Shown: positions 27,636 to 41,043 of the stretch, one piece after another
How the letters are laid out: each line of letters starts with the position of its first letter
Position numbering within the stretch: position 1 is the stretch's first letter
DNA from: Octopus vulgaris
Taxonomy: Eukaryota
Direction of reading: 5' to 3'
DNA length: 64,000 nucleotides
Assembly: GCA_951406725.2 (NCBI GenBank)
Contig: OX597835.1
Location: 11,656,001 to 11,720,000, forward strand
Notes under the pieces: generated by a model
The model's input: only the letters and a program-made list of their open reading frames with translations
Told to the model about the DNA's origin: nothing
Databases searched by the model: none
Program-made: the position numbers and the translations under genes

Positions 27636-28024
27636 TGGAGGCGCAATGGCCCAGTGGTTAGGGCAGCGGACTCGCGGTCGTAGGATCGCGGTTTCGATTC
27701 CAAGACCGGGTTTTGTGAGTGTTTATTGAGCGAAAACACCTAAAAGCTCCACGAGGCTCCGGCAGGGGATGGTGGTAATCCCTGCTGTACTCTTTCGCCA
27801 CAACTTTCTCTCACTCTTACTTCCTGTTTCTGTTGTACCTGTATTTCAAAGGGCCGGCCTTGTCACTCTCTGTGTTACGCTGAATATCCCCGAGAACTAC
27901 GTTAAGGGTACACGTGTCTGTGGAGTGCTCAGCCACTTACACGTTAATTTCACGAGCAGGCTGTTCCGTTGATCGGGTCAACCGGAACCCTCATCGTCGT
28001 AATCGACGGAGTGCTTCCATCACC
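27636..28024 (+). mobile_element. tRNA-derived SINE, family A
   Basis: Homolog of 2766-3151. TSD ATTTGCGTTTG at 27625-27635 and 28025-28035. Confidence 0.93.
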
Positions 28025-29413
28025 ATTTGCGTTTGGCTGTATCAGAATTAGCGCAAATTATATTCGTCTTGGTTTTGCGCTCATTTTCCAGTTATGCCGA
28101 TTCCGATGTCAAAATGCCAACCCAACTTGTTATGGTTCAAATTACAGATATTTATTAAATATTGATTAATGATTTTAGAAAAGGAACAATTTACAACTAA
28201 TTATTTAGAAATTTTAAAAATTAAAGCATTAATAAGACAAACGATTAAAAGACACAGAAGAAAAAAAATCGAACGTTTTTAACTTACAAATTGTCGTTTT
28301 GCTAACTCAAATAAAGGGTAGGCGACCTGTCGTGCTTTTAACGAGGCCAATGTATTTTACACCCCTTGGCTGGGTAGCACGGTGAAGATATATACATAAG
28401 ACATAATAATCCTAACCATAATAGACTTTTGTGCTAACATAAAATATTCACCTGTTGTTAGTTTAATTCTAAGAAACTGGATCTAATCATCTACCGCTTG
28501 ATCATATTGAGTGATTTATAATATTAATACATATAACCTTTTTAACATAGCAATATAGAGATCTGAATATAATTCAGTGCATTATTAGATATTATCTTTA
28601 TAAATACAAGTCGACTTTTTACGTCTAAGAGGGACAAAAGGATAAATAATGTAAAATATTTAGTCTCAAACGATGCTTCAAATCTAGTCACGTTCACCAT
28701 TTATCATCTCTGAAATCCTAAAGTAATCATAACTTTCAGACTCTGTCCTTAAATCAGCTTTCACTCTACTTAAATAATAAATAAGAGTTATTTTCTAATA
28801 CAAGATAATGCGTATGTATGTGTGTAGTACTTCACTGAGTGGGGGATGAAGTGTTTGTGAAAGTGTATGTGTTGTATATACGTGTCTATCAGTCGGCCAT
28901 GTCCAAAAATACATCTTTGTATTACCTACCGTTTTCACATCGCTTTCCAGACAGAACTGGGTAGGGAGGGAGATGGCAGGAAGGGAATAGATTAGTGACA
29001 AGGTGGACGATTTGAATTCAAAGGTCATATAACAGACCTATGTGAACTAAAACGTTTGATGAAGACATAACATATTTTTATAGACTCAATAACTGGCTTT
29101 CCGAGAAAAATCAACTGTAATAAAACTAAGCTGAACTGTCCAGCTTCGTGCGGCCGAAAACTGTTTATTTTATTTTATTTGAAAACGAATGAAGAGCAGT
29201 GCTTAATCCATTGATCATCTCGTTTGTCAGTCATGGTCAGCAGACGAGTAACTTTCCTGTGCCAGGATTATAAGCTGGCTGAGTACATACATACTGCATA
29301 CACACATACGCATATATATATATTATATATATATATATATATATATGAAAAATGTATGTCTGAATGTATATAACGATATTCATTTGAATATATATATATA
29401 AACATACACATAT

Positions 29414-29485
<72 letters not shown>

Positions 29486-29577
29486 GCATGAGTGCGTGCA
29501 TGTATAGTAATAGAAGAGGAGAGGCCATCCTTTTATTTAGACTAAGACTCCGCGAAGTTGTCTGCCTATATCAGAAG

Positions 29578-30017
<440 letters not shown>

Positions 30018-30415
30018 GGAAATAGAAGAGATAGAAAGGAAAACAAGATATAAATAATGCTTCTCCAAAAGAAAACGTGCCAAGCGAGAACGGAAAAATG
30101 AAAGGCGGCAGTAAAGACGTAGAGCAAAGTGTAAATGTAAGAAATATTCTCAGCAAATAAAGCAGAAATGATAGGAAGAGTTATAGCACAAGAATACGAT
30201 GATGACCAAAGAAGACATAGGGAGGATGTGATGCCGATATATTAGAGAAGATCAGGATCGATCAAGCACCCTCCCAATCTCAAGGACGTCGGTCGACGCA
30301 AGCTCAAATTTGAAACCGAAAAGATAGATTCGGTCCTTGGGCTATTCCAGACGAGAAATATAACTGAAATATAACAAGATTATTTAGGCTGCAGCGATGG
30401 TTTCTGCGGAGAGTG

Positions 30416-30828
30416 TTACTCTTTTACTCTTTACTCTTTTACTCTTTTACTTGTTTCAGTCATTTGACTGCGGCCATGCTGGAGCACCGCCTTCAGTCGA
30501 GCAAATCGATCCCGGGACTTATTCTTTTTGTAAGCCCAGTACTTATTCCATCGGTCTCTTTTGCCGAACCGCTAAGTGACGGGGACGGACATAAACACAC
30601 CAGCATCGGTTGTCAAGCAATGCTAGGGGGACAAACACAGACACACAAACACACACATATATATATACATATATACGATAGGCTTCTTTCAGTTTCCATC
30701 TACCAAATCCACTCACAAGGCATTGGTCGGCCCGGGGCTATAGCAGTAGACACTTGCCCAAGATGCCGCGCAGTGGGACTGAACCCGGAACCATGTGGTT
30801 GGTTAGCAAGCTACTTACCACACAGCCA
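30416..30828 (-). mobile_element. SINE family C
   Basis: Reverse-complement homolog of 25367-25780, with a (TACTCTTT)n tail. Confidence 0.92.
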
Positions 30829-30987
30829 GGATACAAAATAAAAGATCAAAGAGAACGCAGAGAACCATACTGGCGGGCGGAGAGGAATTTGTGAGAATCA
30901 AAGTTAAAAAGACATTTAGGACAAGATGATAGATTGAGAAGAGGGGAATTGCCGGACGAATGCATAAGAATAATGCTGTAAAGAACA

Positions 30988-31501
30988 TCTATATATATAA
31001 AACTGTAGTTGTGTGAGTGTCTGTCCCCTTCGATTTAGATTCCTAACTACTCCCACAATTTGCGGTGCAGTTTAACCAAATTCGGGTATCTTATAGTCGT
31101 GATTCATATCGAGCCCGTCTGGGTATTAGCGCGCGTCTACGATGAGTCTACGATTTTTAAAATAATTTAACATCAATTTTTATTCCATTTTAATGCATAT
31201 TTTTTCGTGTGTCGATGGCGGGGGAGTTGGCGACCACGCTCACATCTGCACCTGTGTTGCTTCTCCCCCTTCTTCCCTCCCTCGTGAAGCTGTGGGGAAG
31301 GGAGTGTAAGGAAATCAACGTCGTAAAGCGTTGTCAAGGAGACCAGCGTTCTTTTAGAACAACGACTTCATGGCTTGAAGACACCAAAACAGAAATGGCT
31401 AAGAAAGCCCGAGTTGGCATCTATAACGGAAGTAACTCTCTAAAAATGCTTATATAGTTATTTCCCTTACAAACCCGAGCAACGCCGGGCGATACTGCTA
31501 G
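30988..31501 (+). mobile_element. Non-autonomous Helitron
   Basis: A|TC...CTAG|T termini and no TSD. Subterminal hairpin CCCGAGCAACGCCGGG lies ~12 nt before the end. Confidence 0.85.
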
Positions 31502-31647
31502 TATAGAATAAGAGATAAAGGTTTTGATGTGATGTTAGAAGAATTGAAATAAAGAGTAGTAATAATCAAAGTAAAACTGGAAAGATATGACAACAGAAAA
31601 AGACAGTACAGGCAAAAAAGATTGTTTAAAGCAAATCAGAAGAAACC

Positions 31648-31870
31648 TATTTCTTTATTACCCACAAGGGGCTAAACACAGAGGGGACAAACAAGGACAG
31701 GCATAGGTATTAAGTGGATTACACCGACCCCAGTGCGTAACTGGTACTTAATTTATCGACCCCGAAAGGATGAAAGGCAAAGTCGACCTCGGCGGAATTT
31801 GAACTCAGAACGTAGCGGAAGACGAAATATCGCTTAGCATTTCGCCCGGCGTGCTAACGTTTCTGCCAGC
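31648..31870 (-). mobile_element. SINE family B, young-tail copy
   Basis: 21-bp TSD TAAAGCAAATCAGAAGAAACC at 31627-31647 and 31871-31891. Confidence 0.95.
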
Positions 31871-32385
31871 TAAAGCAAATCAGAAGAAACCGTTTCAGGA
31901 ATTAGATGGGCAAATACACGTAACAAGGGTACCAGATGCAGAGGATGCATAAATGGTCTGGCTTCAACAGTGCACGTATTCAATAAGGATATCGGGATGG
32001 AATTTGGGATTAAAAAGCTTGGCATGCTTAACATACAAAGGCCAACTAATGTCATCTGATAGTGAAGGACTATCCAATGGTGAGAAAATCAAGTATGTTG
32101 AGACGGATGGATATAAGTATCAGGGTATTTATTTTGGGGGTATGACAAAAGTCAAGGAGAGTGAGATAAAGGAAAGCTTTGAACTTACATCAGAAGAAAC
32201 AAATTAATTACAGAAATTTGGACTCAATGGAAAGAATAAGAGCAGGGCAGTGAATACAGGGGCTGTTTTCTGAAAGGGATACGGTGCAGGTGGTGTTAAG
32301 TAAACAAAGAACGGGATTGAAGAAATGAATAGAAAAACCGGGAAAGTGATGACAGTGAACAAATCCTAAAATCGATATCGATAGG

Positions 32386-32800
32386 CTAGATGTGGTTTTG
32401 TGATCTGAAAAGACCAAGAAAATGATCTTGATTGAGCTTACAGTCCCATGGGAAGTGGTGTGATCAGGACGACGAATTGAAGAGTGCCAAGTATGAGAGG
32501 ATTGCAGGGAGAAAGGATTGCATTTACGGCTTTTCCTAGTCGAGGCTGGCTGCAGGGGGTTCCTTGTTCACTCGGCATGGAGGATGCTTACAGCCATTGA
32601 AATGAGTGGAAAGGAGATGAGGGTGGCTGTGTACAGGATGGGTGAGGTAGCTGAAAGAGTCTCTGCTTGGTTATGTAGCAAGAACGAGGAGTTAAGCTGG
32701 AAACCAAGAAGTGATGCGGTGCAGTCATTTGCCCACCTCTGCTGATCCACCAACGGAAGGGTATTACGGTTCAGGGTTGAAACACCCGCTGAATACTCAA
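32386..32800 (+). pseudogene. Hero-like RLE retrotransposon 3' fragment
   Basis: DVVL*SEKTKKMILIELTVPWE and VEAGCRGF...EVAERVSAWL resemble Hero-clade endonuclease motifs (IELTVPWE, VEVGCRGF, AE.AS.W). Confidence 0.7.
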
Positions 32801-32804
32801 TACC

Positions 32805-33038
32805 TATTTCTTTATTACCCACAAGGGGCTAAACATAGAGAAACAAACAAGGACAGACATAGGTATTAAGTCGATTACATCGACCCCAGTGCGTAACTGG
32901 TACTTAATTTATCGACCCCGAAAGGATGAAAGGCAAAGTTGACCTCGGCGGAATTTGAACTCACAACGTAACGGCAGACGAAATACCGCGAAGCATTTCG
33001 CCCGGCGTGCTAACGTTTCTGCCTGCTCGCCGCCTTCC
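32805..33038 (-). mobile_element. SINE family B, young-tail full-length copy
   Basis: TSD AATACTCAATACC at 32792-32804 and 33039-33051. Sense head AGGCGGCGAGCAGGCAGAAACG with B-box GAGTTCAAATTCC. The central GCCTTTCATCCTTTCGGGGTCGATAAATTAAGTACCAG resembles the MetaSINE domain as I recall it. Confidence 0.95.
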
Positions 33039-33267
33039 AATACTCAATACCGTCTGTTGAAATCAGTTCCTCCAGGCTAAAGTTCCTTTCACTTTGGTGA
33101 GTGGAAGAAGCACCTTCTTTTACGTGTTATTAACATATACATATGTATATGTATGTATGTATTTATGTACGTATGTGTTTGCGCGTATGTGTGTGTGTAC
33201 GTATGTATGTAGTTTATGTGTCTGTATGAATGTAATGAATGTATGTATACATGTATGCACGCATATA

Positions 33268-33722
<455 letters not shown>

Positions 33723-34227
33723 TATACATATACATACATACATATATGCATACTTGTATCCATATATAAGTATATATGCGTTATTAGCCTTGAAAAATCA
33801 TCTCATATAGCCGCCTACTGCATAATATATTTATTCAACAATCTATAAGACCTCCGCGCTATAGAAAGAATACAGGTGGGCATACGTTTTTGTCATTGAA
33901 CCCCGACGCAAAATGTAAGAAAATAAAGGATATTATCGAGATATGGTGATGATTAATTGACCAGGTGCTCCACAGTGGATAACTATCCTTATGAAATGAC
34001 TGGATGAAGAGAACTGATTAAGAAATTGTTTTTGAATAGAATGGTAAATGTCGAAGTCCCACAAGACAGTTAAGCAGCTTGTTAATATCACGTGGGTGTG
34101 GAGACAATCGATGCAAAAGACTTATTTGCACAGATCGATATTTTAGTAAAGTACATCGGACCATGTTAATAATGGCCGACAGTTTAGATAACATCCAACA
34201 GCAACTGGACAGATAATTTTTGAAGGT

Positions 34228-34282
<55 letters not shown>

Positions 34283-34869
34283 AATGAAGAGAAAGATAAT
34301 GCCGGAAGAGGACATTTATGCTTACTATAAAACTTTGGATTATATGAAAGCGAAACTGTGTAAGAATTATTTGTGCATATGGATGGGAAAATTAGCATAT
34401 TAACAAAGTTTTAAACAATTTTAAAACTAACTTTTAGTAACAAGAATACCATTAAGACATTTGAAGCGTCAGCCGTGGCATACGGCGGTAGATTAGTGCA
34501 TAAAAGACCCGTTTTATATAAACTGCTTCTCATGACTTTCTTTAACAAAGCGCTATACAGTTCATATTAACACTGACATCCAACGATTGTAAACGCTAAG
34601 ACGGGAAGCTGGTCGAGTACAATTGAGTATAACGAAGCCTTATAAACTAGCAGCTATTAATGTAATTTCTAAACTGACAAGTGTATCTGATGCGTGCCTT
34701 TGTTAACTCTCACAGTCATAATCACATTACGAGTGCAGTAACATTTTCCAAAGAGAAGTGGATTAGACATTGAAAAGATAATGTCAGAACCTAAAGCCGA
34801 AGCGTAACTATACATATTCAGTCTACGTAACTCAGTCACAATAATGAAAAGCCATATTTTCTTAAGTTC

Positions 34870-35100
34870 AGGCGTGTGGTTTGGTGGTTAGGTTAGGATG
34901 TAGCGATCATGATCTCGGATTGCGGTTTCGATTCCTACTTGAGTAGTGTGTTGTGTTCTCGAGTAAAACATTTCGTTTCCCGTTGTTCCAGTCCGCTCAG
35001 CTGGCAAAAATTAGTAATGCTGCAACGGATAGGGGCTCCGTCCAGGGTGGAGTGGATATATGCCACAGAAACCTGGAAACTGAGCTTATAAGCCTATGAC
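34870..35100 (+). mobile_element. Diverged tRNA-derived SINE related to family D
   Basis: GGCGTGTGGTTTGGTGGTTAG, GGTTTCGATTCC and GTGTTGTGTTCTCGAGTAAAACATTTCGTTTCCCGTTGTTCCAGT match 44150-44275. Confidence 0.65.
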
Positions 35101-35439
35101 TTGGGAAGGTTCTTTGATGGTTTTTCTATGGGAGGGGGTAGCTACGTAGATTTTAGATCTGCTAAGACAAAGAGTCCAGACTCCCTCAAGTTACCGTCTA
35201 CTGCCTTCGAAGTGAAAAGACGCATTGGATAATGCAGTGACTGAAGTAAATAGACGGGATGGTCATGAGTAGCATGCATTTGATTATAATTTCTATCGAT
35301 CAGGTGTCATTTGATTAAACAAACAGCTACAACATACCTTTACTGGAACAATAGTATGTGTATATGTATGCGTGTGTTGTTTATGTATGTGTATGTGCAG
35401 ATGTGTATATGCAAAATATATATGTGTGTGTGTGTATAC

Positions 35440-35495
<56 letters not shown>

Positions 35496-36289
35496 GTGTG
35501 TGTGTTAGTGTGATCCATGCATACATCAGCTTCACTACTAGACACACATATGTATATGTATCATTTCTGTCAGATAGATGAAAAATATCGTTTTTTTTTT
35601 GCGCAGTATTTTCTGGAAAATAGGCCGCATCGTATCAAGAAACCCTGCTTAGCTCCTCTCGAATATATTCGTAGCCAATGACAGAGTGAAACTGTTCTGC
35701 ATATACCAAGTCAATAGATTTCAAATCATTAGGGAATGAGCCTTTGTTGTACTCGTATGAATTTTCATTCGTTGTAGAAAGCACTTGTCATGGGAAAATA
35801 TTATTTAGAGCCTTTTAACTACCACAGCCCTCTTAATAGATCAGATATCATCAGATATCATGAAAACGTTGAACTATTAATCGGAAGAACAGTATTAACT
35901 GAATGTAATAATTCCCAGAACCAAGCTGAGAAAGTGATTTGCATAGATTTAGCTGTTAAATTTTAAAAACACCCACGGATATTCTGATACCGAAGAAGGC
36001 ATTCATTATGCAATGTGATATTGGTGCAAGAAGTATGATAAATAGCAATTTCTACAAGTGACAGTTTATAACAGATTATCAATAAGAAGAAGAGGCTCGT
36101 ACATGTGTAAGAGAACTGCAATAACAGAATGTATAAAGATGCATGTAATTTGGACGGGAACAACTCGGATCAAAACGTAATGTTGGATCTTAACAGCCTA
36201 TCCAGGTACTTCAATCTGTATATTCTCAAAACAAAGAATACATAACGAAAAACAAATAAGTATCTAACAAAATGAAAAATATGTTGAGA

Positions 36290-36450
36290 AAGGAGTGGCT
36301 GTGTGGTAAGGAGCTTGCTAACCAACCACATGGTTCCGGGTTCAGTCCCACTGCGTAGCATCTTGGGCAAGTGTCTTCTACTATAGCCCCGTGCCGACCA
36401 ATGCCTTGTGAGTGGATTTGGTAGACGGAAACTGAAAGAAGCCTGTCGTA

Positions 36451-36515
<65 letters not shown>

Positions 36516-36729
36516 TTGTGTGTCTGTGTTTGTCCCCCTAGCATTGCTTGACAACCGATGCTGGTGTGTTTATGTCCCCGTCACTTAACGGTTCGGCAAA
36601 AAAGAGACCGATAGAATAAGTACTGGGCTTACAAAAAGAATAAGTCCCGGGGTCGATTTGCTCGACTAAATGCGGTGCTCCAGCATGGCCGCAGTAAAAA
36701 TGACTGAAACAAGTAAAAGAGTAAAAGAA
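36290..36729 (+). mobile_element. SINE family C
   Basis: Near-identical to 25367-25780. Confidence 0.92.
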
Positions 36730-36960
36730 ATTACAAGATTGTCGAAGGAGAAGAAGGGGAGATATATTGTGAAAACAAAAACTCTTAGTAAGATGTGTGT
36801 GTTTTTGTGGGAATCCAGATCTCCATTCCGATTCAGTTTTAACTGAGTATGTTAAATCCTACCAAGATATGAATGCTGTGGGCAATGAAGAATGTTTTGT
36901 GTCTGGGTGATGCGTGATGAAGACGATAAAGCAGCAAAGATAACTGATACAAAATATACA

Positions 36961-37437
36961 CTTTTACTGTTTTACTTGTTTCAGTTTCATTTCCATTTAT
37001 TATTTACTAGCAGCATAGCCCGGCGTTGCCCCGCTATGTAAGAACCCCTAGTAGGCAACGACTAATCCCAATCTAGTTCTTTCCCTCTAGGGAACGAAGG
37101 CGCATGTGTAGGTTGCAATGTCTTCTCTTCACTCGAATACTTCTATGTATACGATGTTCCTAGCTGTTTCCTGATTACAAGTTGCGAAAACTACAACAGA
37201 AAATGTGTTGCATATAAAAAGCTTAGATTCTCGACCCCATGTCGAATTTATCGATTTTTCAAAATGTTAGTCGAGTAAATCGACCCCAGGACTTATTCTT
37301 AGTAGGCCTAGTACTTATTCTATCGGTCTCTTTTGCCGAGCCGCCAATTTATGGGGGACGTAAACGCAACAACATCGGTTGTCAAGCAATGCTGGGGGAA
37401 CAAACACAGACACACAAACATATACACACACATACAT

Positions 37438-37468
<31 letters not shown>

Positions 37469-37469
37469 T

Positions 37470-37502
<33 letters not shown>

Positions 37503-37672
37503 CATATATAATAAATATTAGGGAATAAATCCAAATTTACAGGGAAAAATCAGATTTAGGATTTGTAGTGGCGAATTTAATTTTATTTAATTTATATTAA
37601 ATTTTTTTATGTATTGGATTAAGTCTTTCTTTGTTTGATTTGCAAAATAGTGGTTTTGTCTCTAATTAATAT

Positions 37673-37735
<63 letters not shown>

Positions 37736-37905
37736 GTTTACATATATTCGACGGGCTTTTAGTTTCCGTCAACCAAATCCACTCACAAGGCTTTGGTCAG
37801 CCCAAGGCTATAGTAGAAGACACTTGCTCAAGGTGCCACGCGGTGGGACTGAACCTGGATCCATGTAGTTCGTAAGCAAGCTACTTACCACACAGCCACA
37901 CCTAC
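36961..37905 (-). mobile_element. SINE family C interrupted by a Helitron-derived insert (36983-37265) and a second insert (37512-37674)
   Basis: Tail at 36961-36985, body resumes at ~37268, and the head is at 37750-37905. Confidence 0.8.
37007..37265 (-). mobile_element. Partial (3' part) non-autonomous Helitron
   Basis: Near-identical to 44582-44835, including the CTAG end and hairpin region. Confidence 0.85.
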
Positions 37906-38059
37906 CCCTATATATAAAGATATACGGAAGGAATTTATATCAGTTCTTGATTAAAATATTCAACATGGCGATCTTGAATAGAGGAACATTAATTAAGAAG
38001 ATTCCTATGTTGCCAGTTAAATAAATGGAAAATTACACCAGAATCTAAGGAATACATCG

Positions 38060-38400
38060 GAACTACAGCAGCTTAACTAAACAGGATATACTACAGAGCT
38101 GGAGGAAAGGTTTAGAAAGAAACATTATATGCACACTCTAGGTTAATACTTAAAACACAGGTAAAAGTCAAACAATAAAGTTACATTCATCAATTTGTGG
38201 CAGTAATAATAATTTATTGTTGAACTATTCTCAAACGGACGCCAGGTGAATTAGATTATTGGACAAAGAGAAAATTTACGACGGTATTTCGTATCCGTCA
38301 CACAAAGTCTTGGCCAGGGATTATTACATTTACTACGAATAAAGGGACATAAGGGGGCTATGAAACTAGGAAACTGTTTCAAATTACCAATGTAGAACTA
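38060..38400 (+). pseudogene. Very degenerate RLE-type LINE post-RT remnant
   Basis: Faint, frameshifted residues resembling H.KS..RLY..R..G.RGL. Confidence 0.3.
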
Positions 38401-38756
38401 GAAAAAAATATTAGTTTAGAATAGTTGACAATTAGGATAATATAAATTACGAAACGAATAAAAACCTGTTTTATGTTGTTAAGGAAACCAGTTATAGGAA
38501 GACGGAATGTGCAGTAAGAGACATCTATAAAGAAAAAAGAGAAGCAATTATGGAAGTTGTAAAACATCTATAAATGAAGCTGAAAATAGGATTTCAGAGT
38601 CCATGATAAATTGATGGCAATAAAGGCTCCAACATGACCAATAAATATGAAAGAGGGATCAGGGTAAAAATAGATGAAGAAAGATTGTATCACTGGCTGA
38701 TTCAGACAAGACTTAATGATTCACAACTCCGCCAAGCAATCAAAGACTTCCGATCA

Positions 38757-38879
38757 AAATTAATAACAATACATTCCGTAAGCGTGAAATGCCGTAACCT
38801 GAGGCATCCCAACACGGAGGAGGTCTCTCTCTCTCTCTGTCTCCCTGTCTGTCTCTCTTTCTCTCTCTCTTTCTCTCTC

Positions 38880-38927
<48 letters not shown>

Positions 38928-38964
38928 CCATTTACAGGCTGTAGCATGAGGTGTTTATAATATA
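38757..38964. repeat. ~210-bp segment duplicated at 42873-43091
   Basis: Both copies share CATCCCAACACGGAGGAGGTCTCTC...TATACCATTTACAGGCTGTAGCATGAGGTGTTTATAATATA. Confidence 0.9.
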
Positions 38965-39080
38965 CATGAGGTGCTTATATATATACTGTATACAGAGTTG
39001 TGGTTCTTAGTATTTTTATATTTGGTGGCTTTGTTCATGCACACATTTACATCACCACTTTGAACCATTTTAATAATACT

Positions 39081-39242
39081 TTTATCTTGTTATTTTTTAC
39101 GGTTATACCTAGGTTTCAGAATTTCTTTAGCAAATAAATAACAAGGTAAAAGTTTTTATTTTTCATTCCCTTCAAAAATTACTCTTAAATGTGGTTTTGG
39201 TCGTTTTGACTGCTTCTTCTAGCGTGTAAAAATTACCTGTTT
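39081..39242. mobile_element. Half copy of the fold-back element at 42043-42368
   Basis: Near-identical to 42172-42333. Confidence 0.85.
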
Positions 39243-39916
39243 TGTAGTTTTAGAATATGTCTGAAGTCTTGAGATTGAGAAGAAAGTATCCGTGTTTTGT
39301 TAGGCTGTCCAGTTTTAATTAAGGGAGAGCATCAAATGGTAAGACAGCTGGGAATTCCAGAGATAAGAAATTATGCTCGTATTATTAAAATTGTTCAAAG
39401 TGGTGATGTAAATGTGTGCATGAACAAAGCCACCAAATATAAAAATACTAAGAACCACAACTCTGTATACAGTTTAAAATCGTACCCTGCTAAGGCATTG
39501 CTCACAACCCACAGAACACTCATACTATTTAATCGCATAGCCCACACATATTGTGTGCGCAACGTACACAGCACATGCTTTTATAATGAACGCCCGTTTA
39601 AAATAAAACCCCCAACGCACTTAATATATATTCCGCAGATTCACCAGCCGAGACTATAAGACTTGATAAATATGCCCATACAAAATATACTTCAAACAAA
39701 CACTGCCTGACATGATAATGTATATATCACACTGAGGTACGTACCCTGTGTGAGAGCCACGCATAGCTTGCTCACAAGGCGCATTCTCAACACATCTATT
39801 ACTGTTATATATAATACAGAAAAATAAAATATTTTCTTCACAAGCACCATCAGACGCCGCAATATAATACAGAAATATAGAACCGTACAAACAGCAGCCG
39901 AAGCTATAATAATAGT

Positions 39917-40299
39917 GGAAGCACTCCGTCGGTTACGACGACGAGGGTTCCGGTTGATCCGAATCAACGGAACAGCCTGCTCGTGAAATTAACGTGTAAG
40001 TGGCTGAGCACTCCACAGACACGTGTACCCTTAACGTAGTTCTCGGGGATATTCAGCGTGACACAGAGAGTGACAAGGCCGGCACTTTGAAATACAGGTA
40101 CAACAGAAACAGGAAGTAAGAGTGAGAGAAAGTTGTGGTGAAAGAGTACGGCAGGGATCACCCCCATCCCTTGCCGGAGCCTCGTGGAGCTTTAGGTGTT
40201 TTCGCTCAATAAACACTCACAACGCCCGGTCTGGGAATCGAAACCGCGATCCTACGACCGCGAGTCCGCTGCCCTAACCACTGGGCCATTGCGCCTCCA
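39917..40299 (-). mobile_element. tRNA-derived SINE, family A
   Basis: Reverse-complement homolog of the other A copies. TSD CTATAATAATAGT at 39904-39916 and 40300-40312. Confidence 0.93.
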
Positions 40300-40404
40300 C
40301 TATAATAATAGTAATAATAACAACAACAACAATAACAGCAACAATAATAATAATAATAAAAGATGGGTTACAGTAAATATTGTTGGTGGGTGTGGTTTTG
40401 AAAT

Positions 40405-40545
40405 TTTTGCAAAGGGTCAACAATTTCGGGGACAGGATAAGTCGATTACGTCGACCCCAGTACTCAACTGGTATTTATTTCATCGACACCGAACGGAGGA
40501 AGGGGCAAAGCCGACATAGACGGGATTTGAACTCATAACGTGAAA
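40405..40545 (-). mobile_element. Diverged partial SINE family B
   Basis: AAGTCGATTACGTCGACCCCAGTACTCAACTGGT and GATTTGAACTC motifs. Confidence 0.65.
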
Positions 40546-40954
40546 ATCAATATAAGGAAATACATTTTCAATAACACTTGATATACCGAGGGACTTACAC
40601 GATCTCTGATTTTGCGACAACCGTACTTCACTTCGTCTATCTCTCATTCTCTCTCTCTCTCCCTCTTTATATACTTTTCTTTCTCCATTTCTCTCTCATT
40701 TCTCTCCATTTCTCTCTTCTATCGTCACCTCCTGCTTCACCCCTACCTCTCACTTTTGCACATCTTCCGCCTCTACACCACTTCCATCTTCATCAATACA
40801 TCCATCTCCTGTCCCTTCTCCTCCTCCTCGTATTTCTCGCCCTCCACATCTCTTAATATTACAGCAACGACTTCCTACATATCTTCTATTTATTAAACAA
40901 CATCAATAATATTGACAACAACAATAACAATAATAACGATAATAATGATATTAC

Positions 40955-40974
40955 CAATTATTATTACTATTACA

Positions 40975-41043
<69 letters not shown>

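Larger units (their letters stand above)
30018..32385 (+). pseudogene. Old R4/Dong-like retrotransposon remnant interrupted by SINE C, a Helitron and SINE B
   Basis: Residual motifs KLERYDNRKRQYRQKRLFKANQKK.FQELDG, TVHVFNKDIGMEFGIKKLGML, ETDGYKY and NPKIDIDRL. Starts at the end of an (AAT)n tract. Confidence 0.7.

Noticed and set aside
27636-27715. tRNA gene (also at 2766, 40220 and 44148)
   Set aside because: The tRNA-like heads run into conserved SINE bodies, with TSDs on the family A copies, and lack a proper acceptor stem and oligo-T terminator.
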